Part shown: positions 51,368-61,848 of the stretch, piece by piece
Numbering within the stretch: position 1 is the stretch's first letter
Layout of the letters: each line of letters opens with the position of its first letter
NCBI GenBank assembly: GCA_951406725.2
Contig: OX597828.1
Location: 13,702,001-13,766,000, forward strand
Length of the DNA stretch: 64,000 nucleotides
Reading direction: 5' to 3'
DNA from: Octopus vulgaris
Taxonomy: Eukaryota
Translations under genes and position numbers: made by a program
Notes under the pieces: model-generated
Told to the model about the DNA's origin: nothing
The model's database searches: none
What the model saw: only the letters and a program-made list of their open reading frames with translations

Positions 51368-53700
51368 CAAAACGCCCCCCCCCCCTCGTCCAACAGAGTT
51401 GTCAAACATTTAAACCAAATTTTCTCAAAACAACTTGTCTGACCATCCCATAGGCCTCCCCTTTGAGAAACAATGATTTAACCTAAATTTGAGACACCAG
51501 CAAAAGAAGAAATAAAGAAAGACTTTTTTTCTATTCCAAGAAAAACGATTTTACAAATGCACGTCCCCACAGCTTTATCAATCACATTCTCACCTGGAAT
51601 TGATTTTTGTAAACATGCCCTGATACCGTTGGTATGTACATATTAAATTTGAGCGCAATCGGATGGAGGAAGCCCAAGATCCTAGAAGACATACACACAG
51701 ACAGACAGAACAGATTTTATATAATATATATACAAAAGATATGAGGAGTTTAGGTCAAGGTAACCCAAACTAAGAGGTATGTGTTCTGAATGCTCCAATA
51801 GGTAATCCACCAAAATTCCTGCTAGAACAGCAGCTGGAGTTGTGGTTGTGTGAATGTCTCGTTCGAAAAAAAACTGGGAGCTGGTAGCTTGCCTTTGGGT
51901 CAGTAGGTATTGGTTAAAGTAGTGAAGAAGGCAAACAATTATTCAATAATAAAAAAACTGGTGTCTCTACAATCTTTACCCGTTTTATATTATTTTACTA
52001 TTTTCAGATTGAATTAAATGAATTTAAATGTTATAGTTCTGCCATGACTAATTGTTTGCCTTCCTCACTACTTTAACTGATATATATATATACATACATA
52101 CATATCATCATCATCATTTAACGTCCGCTTTCCATGCTAGCATGGGTTGGATGATTTGATTGAGGGCTGGTGAACCAGATGGCTGCACCAGGCTCCAATC
52201 TTGATCTGGCAGAGTTTCTACAGCTTGATGCCCTTCTTAACACCAACCACTCCGAGAGTGTAGAGGGTGCTTTTACGTGCCACCGGCATGGGGGCCAGTC
52301 AGGCAGTACTGGCAAGGACCTCGCTCGAATGTTTTTACACGTGCCACCAGCACAAGTGCCAGTAAGGCGACGCTGGTAACGATCATGCTCGAATGAGGCC
52401 TTTTACGTGCCACCGGCACGGAAGCCAGTTAACTGCTCTAGCAACGATCACACTCGGATGGTTCTCTTAGCACCCTACTAGCATGGGGCACAAGTGCCAG
52501 TAAGGCGACGCTGGTAATGATCACACTTGAATGGTGCCTTTTATGTGCCACTGGCATGGAAGCTGGTTAGCTGCTCTGTCAACAATCACACTCGTATGGT
52601 GCTCTTTGTACCCTGCTAGCACGGATGCCAGTTATTGAATTTGATTTTGATTTGATATATATATATATATGTGTGTGTGGATGTGCAGTGGACTCGCGGT
52701 CGTAGGATTCCCAGACCGGGTGTTGTGAGTGTTTATGGAGCGAAAGCACCTAAAGCTCGAGGAGGCTCCGGCAGCGGGTGGTGGTGATCCCTGCTGTGCT
52801 CTTTCACTGCAACTTTTTCTCACTCTTTCTTCTGATGGCTTGCTTGCTTAGCCAGCAGGGTGACGTCATTTGAAGGTTAAAACAATGTGAAGCGCATTGT
52901 GATCAGCGGTGTAGCAACATCTGATAGCCTGGTTGGTCACGTGATATATATATCTTGACAACTGGTGTTGGTGTATTTACATCCTCATAACTTAGCTGTT
53001 TGGCAAAAGAGACTGATAGAATGACAACCAGGCTCTTCAAGAAAGTAAATATTGGGGTTAATAAGTTTGACTAAAATGCTTCAAGGTGGTGCCCCAGCAT
53101 GGCCAGAATCTAATGAGTGAAGCAAGCAAAACAATTTAAGGGCAAAGGCTAATAATCATTCTATACTGGAGATAAAAACCATTAGCAATTATGTTTCAGG
53201 TAAAGGGTTTAATGTTGGATTAAAATTAGGAGTGCAATGACAGGCTGTAAAATATAGGATTGGGTTCTAGGATTTTGGGAAAAACCACAGTAAAGGGATC
53301 CAAACACAAAAAGAAAAAGAAAGGATACCCTTTGGAAAGTAGTTTTGAAGCAATAATGAGTAGCTTACTTTATTTAGAGTTCGGACAGCAGCAAACCGAA
53401 GAGTAGGTTTAGGAGAACTGCAGAACAATTGCAATACAGAGACAGCAGGTGCAAGTTCCTTTGCTGGTGTTGTCTTCATATTAACAATAGCATGAGCAGC
53501 TTCATATATAACCATTTCACTTTTGTGGCGAAGACAACTTTCAATGAATTCAAACAGCTGGCTTTCAGCACTGAAAAAAAAAACAAACAATAATAATGAT
53601 AATGATAATAATGATAATAATAAACAACCTTGTCAGGACTTGTGCCTTGGTGGTAACTTTCTAGATGCAATCCCATGGTCATTCATGACTGAAGGGGGTC

Positions 53701-53735
<35 letters not shown>

Positions 53736-56700
53736 GTTGATGATGATGATGATGATATATGCATATATGTATATATTTAAGTTCCGTTTAGGTTTTAACC
53801 TTTGAGTTTGCTTTATTTAGCCCATCCACGAGTACTGGCTATCAGATACAAGTATAAAAAACTGATGCAATGTATTGTTACACATTATATAAGAACAATA
53901 ATATAACAATATGCTTCTGGTAAAATGATGAAACAATTGTTAAATTATGTAATAAAGCAAATTGTTTGTTTCATTCTTCTTGTTTAACCCTTTAGCATTT
54001 AAACCGGCCATATCCGGCCAAAAGTATTCTGCCTGTTTTATGCTCGGACTGGCCAGATCTCGTCTCTCACACCAACCCTACAATATTGTTTTAAAAATTA
54101 ACAGCTACCTCATCAAAATCTCATAGCTACAAGATAATGCATGATTAGTTCAAAACAATGTGGATAAAAAAGCATTAATTTTGGCAGAATAATGCGAACA
54201 CTAAAGGGTTAAATCAATTTTGTCTTCTGAAATCGATTTATACATAAAAAAGTATCAGGAATATCAATAATATGTGGCATGTAAAAAGCACCATCCAATC
54301 GTGGCTGTTGCCAGCCTCACCTGGCTTCCATGCCAGTGGCACATAAAAAGCATCATCCAATTGTGGCCATTTGCCAGCCTCGTCTGGCACGTAAAAAGCA
54401 CCCACTACACTTATGGAGTGGTTGGCATTAAGAAGGGCATCCAGCCGTAGAAACATTGCCAGATCAGACTGGGCCTGGTGCAGCCTTCTGGCTTCCCAGA
54501 CCCCAGTTGAACCGTCCAAACCATGGAAAGCGATGATGATAATGATGATGTTTGTTTGTTTTTTTTCGTTCTGTTCAACTATATACATATATATTTCTCT
54601 TACGAGAAACAGAAAAGAGCCTTCAGATCCCTCAGAGTTACTGCCCTTCATGATGAGCTGGAAGACCATGTCTCATTAGTATATTTCCTTTGGCAAATTC
54701 TTACAGCTTGATACCATTCCTAACATCAACCACTTGTAATGGATGTACCGGGTCTATCTTATCATGGCACTAGTACTGGAAAGGCTGTCATGTCCTCAGC
54801 GACATTAGAGAATCCTCTTTATGTTGTTTCTGTTTGTTTACCAATAATTTTACATATGACTTTAACTCTTTAGCATTCAAATCACTCTCAAATCTATCGT
54901 ATATTTCTTCACATTGCTTTGAATAAATCATGCATTATCTTGTAGCTTCAAGATTTCAATGGTGTGTTTGTATATTTTTAGAATGACATTGTAGGGTAAG
55001 TGTGAAAGGCTAGATCTGGTCAGTTTTAACATGAAACAAGTAGAATATTTGTGCCAGATATGGCCGGATTGAATACAAAAGGGTTAGGAAGAGAATTATT
55101 CTGTAATTAAATGAATAGGTTTAGCTAAGCTTGTTACAAAGTATTATATAAAGTAGGAATTTATTTAATGAAAATTTTAATTAAACGCGACAGATTTACT
55201 CACCCACATTCTTCTTCTTCAATTAATTTGCTGGCAATACGAATCTGTAACCAAACAATAATGATGTTAAAAAAGTCAACGTTTAAGATACATAATCATT
55301 ACCCCAACAATGTTGCTATGTAATTATTATGCAAATATTTAAACATAACAATTCAAATAATTCAGTCATATTTTTTCTATTTGTAGCCCAAAAAAGAAGT
55401 TATAGAAAAATTTAAATCAGGGCAGGATGGAAAAAAAATTTTAATTTTATTAGAAAAAAACTCATTGAAAAATCCCAAATGACATGGAATATTAACTGAA
55501 GCTGTAAATATATTAAGTGGGGAGGAGAGAGAGAGAAAATATAGTTAATCCTTCTTACCAACAAACAATGTGCATATGGGGATCGTAGAGAATGTTTGCT
55601 AAATTTGCTGACCAGTTTAGTAACAGCCAATTTATCATTCTTCCGAATGTGATACAATAATCCCAGTGCATGGTACTGAAATATAAAAGAATAGATATCA
55701 ATATATCAACATTGTGATTTACTATTTACAAAGGTTACATGTTTTCAAAAAGGCTGAAGAAAAAACAAACAAAGAAACGAATATTTTAAAGAAATAATAA
55801 ATTGGTTTTATAATAAAGCCAATCTGGATTGACAAAGATATAAGCTGTGGGTTTATTTATGATTTAAATATTCAGATTTTTGAGGTTATTATAAAAGGTT
55901 TACAACAACTAAAAGTTTTGAGTACTGAACTGTCAATAAGACATCTACTGTTTGAGAAATGGTAACAGAATGGTAGACTTTGACCAAGAAAGATTATTCT
56001 CTCTTCTCCCAAACTAGGTGGAACATGTGGAAGACCCACATGCAGGATGGGCTTCTTTCAGTTTCCATCTACCAAATCCACTCACAAGGCACTGGTTGGC
56101 CTGGGGCTATAGTAAAAGACACTTGCCCAATTTGCTGTGCAGTGAGACTGAACCCAAGACCATAAGGGAGGAAAGCAAGCTTCTTAACCACACAGCCATG
56201 CAGTATATTTCAACATAAATATGGTAAAAAAAAGGGTGAGTCTATTACTCCAACTTCATTGAAAGGATTGAAACCAGCCCCAAAATATGATCAGAACAAG
56301 ATGGTGCATCTTCACTGTTAAGTAAGGCACCTCACCTGCACCACGTAAACCTCACAGAAAGAAATGCAGCTGATTCATAAATATAATAACATTATGAAAG
56401 TGTGAAGGTGTAATGTAATATAGAAACAAGGCACCTACCTGCACCATAACATTGTCACTGTTTACTGCTTCCTGTGCCTCGTTTATCCATCTTTTTACAA
56501 TTTCTTGGTTGCCTTTACATAAATGCTGAAAGAGAATATCAAGATATAAATATGAATTTTAATACATGTGAGTATATATATGTTTTATGTGTGTGTGTGT
56601 GTGGATCTGTGTTTATTTTTATCAATGTAAAACAAAACAGGGGAAGTGTAAGAAAAGAGGCAACTTGATAATTTGATAAATAGAGATCAATAAAAAATAT

Positions 56701-59202
56701 CAGCATGAAATAGGGACCAGGATCAATGAAACTGAAGATAAAATTAAACAAGAGCACTCAGAGAGCGCAAACCTTCGCCAAGGCAACACCAATGTCCTCT
56801 CAACGATTAGCCAGGGATGATTTTTAAAATGAAAATATGTATGTATTATACTCGACTGCTGTCACAAACGAGAATACTAAAAATGAACCCAACAGCTCTC
56901 AAAAATTAAGTAAAAAAAAAACAAGAAAAATAATCCAGAATCCTTGTCCGGTACCGGATCGATCTCAAAATCTAATCAGTTCGTTCCATTCACGAGGCCA
57001 AACATCCCTCAAAGTTTCATCTGAATCCATCCAGTGGTTTTTGAGATATCTTGTCCATGGAAAAACAAACAAACACAACTGAAAACAATACCTCCGCCTT
57101 CGCTAAGGTGGAAGTAATAAAAACAGCAAAAAAAAAAAAAAAAACTAAAAGTGTGCTTCAGAATGGCTGCAGTCCAATGACTGAAACCAGTATAAAAAAG
57201 TAAAAGAAGACAAGAGCATCAACTCACCAAAGATGAAGTCAAAGCAGCACTGGACACTGAGTGAACCTTGTCTACAATGGCTTGCTTCATATAACGCTCA
57301 ATAGCTTGCAACATACTGCCCTGTTTAGGAAAGAGAAGAAAAAAAGTTGGGTTTAGAAGCATCAGAATTGTTGCAGCATGGAATAAACTACTTGTGTCCA
57401 TTGTCAGCTGTCATGACACTGCATCCTTCAAAAATTTCATGCTTCCTGAAATTTGGCAACCTTACTCTTGAACTACCTATGCACTCTTATTTTTTATAAC
57501 TCTTTTAATGTTCACTTTTCCAGTTTTTCTCTATTTTTGTGTTTTAATCTATGTACTGTGCATGTACATCTAACTTTCATTGTGGCCTTTCTTTACTTGA
57601 CTTACATGTCTGTTCTCTGTCCCCTCTATTAAACTTTTCTGATGGGTTATAGTGCATCTGAGTACTGTATACAATAAGCTCGTTATATGTGTACAAGGTG
57701 TGGAGGCGCGTGGCTTAGTGGTTAGGATGTCAGCATCATGATCGTAAGATTGTAGTTTCGATTCCCGGACCAGGTGACGCGTTGTGTTCTTGAGCAAAAC
57801 ACTTCATTCATTCATCAACGTGAATGAAGTGTTTTGCTCAAGAACCAGCGCGTCACCTCGTCCACTCAGCCGGCAAAAATGAGTAATGCTGAGATGGACT
57901 GGTGTCCCGTCCAGCTGGGGAACACATAAGCCATTGAAACTGGGAAACCGGTCCCATAAGCCAGATTAGGCTTTAAAAGGGCGCATTTATTTATTTATAT
58001 GTATACAAGGAGTGATGGGTAAATTGTTGCCATTTTATATTTTTAATTTTGCACATGATATCTATCTCTTACTGAATGGAGTACCTACTTTGTTGATCTT
58101 ATCTGTAACAGAATAGTAAACTGTACACACACACACACATAAAGTTGTAAGGTTGCTGCTCAGACAGTCCATAACAAATGACAAAAAGTCATTGATAATA
58201 TCCACAACAACTTTCATCGTATAACACTTTTGTTTGACCCTGTTTTTGAATGCAAAGACAACAACAAAAAAACAAAAAAAGACAATACATATAAACAGCA
58301 AATGACAAAAGAAGTTTGTTGAACTTACATCAGTGATGGAACAGAGTGCTCTAATGGCTGGTCCTCGGAACTGGTCTTCTCGTCCTGTCATGTCTTTCAT
58401 TAAACTGTTTAATGATAATGATGATAAAAACAATTATTAATATCGTTATTAGACGAGACACAGGTAATTCCAATTATACTAACAGCAAGAAGGAGTGAGA
58501 AGAAGAATTAATCAGATGAAAATGCTGCTTAGAAAATATACACTCATATATATCTTTCATCTCTTACTTGTTTCAGTCATGAGACTGCAGCCCGTGCTGG
58601 GGCACTGTCATGAAGGGCTTTAGTTGAACTAATCAACCCCAGAACTTATTACTTTTCTTTAAGCCTGGTACTTATTCAATCAGTATCTTTTGCTACACCA
58701 CTAAGTTACAGGGACATAAACATACCAACAGCAGTTGTCAAGCAGTGAGGTGGGAGACAAACATGGACACAAAGACACATACACATATGTATATAGGATG
58801 GGCTTCTTTCAGTTTCTGTCTACCAAATCCACTCACAAGGCCTTTGCTTGGTTCAAGGCTATAGTAGAAGACACTTGCACAAGGTGCCACACAGTGGGAC
58901 TGAACCCAGGAACCATGTGATTGGTAAGCAAGCTTCTTACCACACTCATACCTGTGCATATATATATATAATAAAAATAAATGCGCCCTTTTAAAGCCTA
59001 GCCAGGCTCATGGGCCCGGTTTCAATGGCGTAGGTGTTCCCCAGCTGGACGGGACACCAGTCCATCGCAGCATTACTCATGTTTGCCAGCTGACTGGACT
59101 GGAGCAACGTGAAATGAAGTGTTTTGCTCAAGAACACAACGCATCGAAACCACAATCTCACGATCATGATACTGACATCCTAACCACTAAGCCAAGCGCC
59201 TC

Positions 59203-59249
<47 letters not shown>

Positions 59250-61807
59250 GTATACATACTACATGTAGATGTGTAATATAGATACATATATATTTATGTG
59301 CGTCCAATAATACTATACTTGTTCCACGTCCTCACGTTGTTATGTTTTCTCTTTGTGTTTGCATGTTTGGATTAACTATATATGTTACTTTAAATTAAAA
59401 CTTAAATGAGAATGCAATTTCATAAGTAAAGTTGTCAGAGTGATTTTATATGAAGTTGATATTTAAACTGTTCCCAATAGAGCTAGGAATGAAATGAAAA
59501 ATGTCAGCTTCAAGCAACTTCTTCTGCATGTGTTTGCTTGCAAGGTTGGCGGCAACTCAGCAAGGCAGACAAAAAAATATCTGTCCTATTCATAGGCTCA
59601 GGTGTGGTTGTATAGTAAGAAGTTTGTTTCCCAACCACACGGTCCCAGGTTCAGTCCTACTGTGTGGTGGCACCTTGGACAAGTCTTTGGTACATGGAAA
59701 CTGAAAAGAAACCTATCGTATATATATATGTGTGTGTGTGTGTGTGTGCGCCTTTGTATTTGTCCCTGCCCACCTTGACAACAGGTGTGGGTGTGTTTAC
59801 ATCCCTCTAACTTAGTGGTTCAGCAAAGGTGTTTGACAGAATAAGTATCAGGCTTAAAAAAAAAATAAGTACTGGGGTCAATTAGTTTGACTAAAATTCC
59901 TCAAGGTGATGCCCCAGCATGGCCATAGACTAACAACTGCAACAAGTAAGAAATGAAAAAATTCTTTATCCAAAACCAAACGTGCAAGATGGAAGTGAGG
60001 CACACTGGTTGGTGTGGGTGCAGTGTATTAAGATGCAAATTATGCCCCTGGAACTTACCTGCTGGTAACTATGATAACATCATCAGCAATGCTGGACATT
60101 TCTTTAATGCCAAGGTAAACCAATCTACGAACTGTCATCTGAAGAACACAAAAAATATTATTGAGTAATAATAAATGTTTTCTTTCTACTCATTAACAAT
60201 AATTGGAAATGTTTTAATTGGATTAACCTTATCCTTTAGCATCTTCATTAACTGGATTATTATCCTTAATATATTTCTTAAAAACAGAATGTCAAAAGAA
60301 TAATTCATAGTTGGTTTGTTCTATATTAATACTATTATTATTATTGAAGGCAGCAAGCTGGTGTAATCATTAGTGTGTCAGGCAAAATGCATAATGGCAT
60401 TTTTATCATTTTTTTGTTCTGAGTTCAAATTCTATTGAGGTTCACTTAGCCTTTTCTCCTTTCAGGGTTGATAAAATAAGTATTAGTCAAGTATTAGAGT
60501 CAATGTAATCAACTTTCCCCCTCCTCTTAAAAACAGCTGGCTATGTGCCAAAATTTGAAACCATTATTATTATTATTATTATTATTGAGTGAGAGAGTAG
60601 TGCATGCCATCAAAGTGATACTGGAGTAAAATATACAAAGCCCAGTATACCCATCATGATTACCCGTCTGATAAGGGTACACTTGGCACATGCATCACAA
60701 CCATACATGCGCGACATGGTGATCTCATATCAAGATAAATAGCACACGACCTTGCAGGTGGGGCCCAATTAGAATTTTCTTCTGGTCAAGTAGCCCATCC
60801 TGCTCAAAAGGTCCCTGAATAAGGGTTAAGGATGTTGAACGAACCACCCGTGTTTCCAAAGGTGAATTATCCAAACCTCCAAGAATTCCTTTCAACACAT
60901 GGCTACGATGCTCCCCCACTACTCCTGCGCATGATCAGAGATGCACATATCCTCAGCCACTAAGGGACATGATCAACTGGTTAAGGTCAAACAACTGACA
61001 AGCAAATCTGTGGTATTGAGCAGAATATTTGCTATAGCCCATCTTTTATACCAAGACAAAACAATGTACATGATAACACTTCCAATCAGTTAAGATCAGC
61101 AGCCACGAGAGCCACTGCCTGGTACTGCATCAGGGCATTTATTATTACAGCTGCTGCTGCTGCTGATGAGAATAGAAAGCTAGGAGAATCATTAGCAAAA
61201 CTGATAAAATGCTTAGTGGCATTTCATCTGTCTTTACGTTCTAAATTCAACTCCCACCAAGGTGGACTTTACCTTTCATCCTTTCAGGATTGAGATTGAT
61301 GAAATAAGTACCAGTTGAGCATTGGGGGTTAATTGATTTACTCACTTATCTCAAAATTGCTGGCCTTGTGCCAAAATTAGAAGAAAAGTGAAATGGAAAC
61401 AAAAATTATTATTATTTCTTTAAATGGCAAAACCAGAAGAGGAAGTGCTGTATCCATGATCCTTTTAAGGGTCATAATGACTAATGGGAAGATCCTAACC
61501 CTTAGACAGGAGACTTGGCCTGAATGTTGTAAATTCTAAGGACCACATGGTGGTGGTGTTAAACTGATTGATGGATTAACTCTACTCCAACATCATTAGC
61601 ATCCTCAAACAATTCTAGCAAAAATAATGAAGAATAATAAAGAATAATAAAGAATTTTCCAGCTTAGAAACAATCCCCTCCACTGGGATCCCTAAGTTAC
61701 TCCTTGAAATCCCTAAATATTCCCCAGTTAAGAACTGTAGCTCTAGAATGATCCAAGTTGAGGAATTTATAACATGAAGTCTGATAGAATGTGATGCCTT
61801 TTCTCTT

Positions 61808-61848
<41 letters not shown>

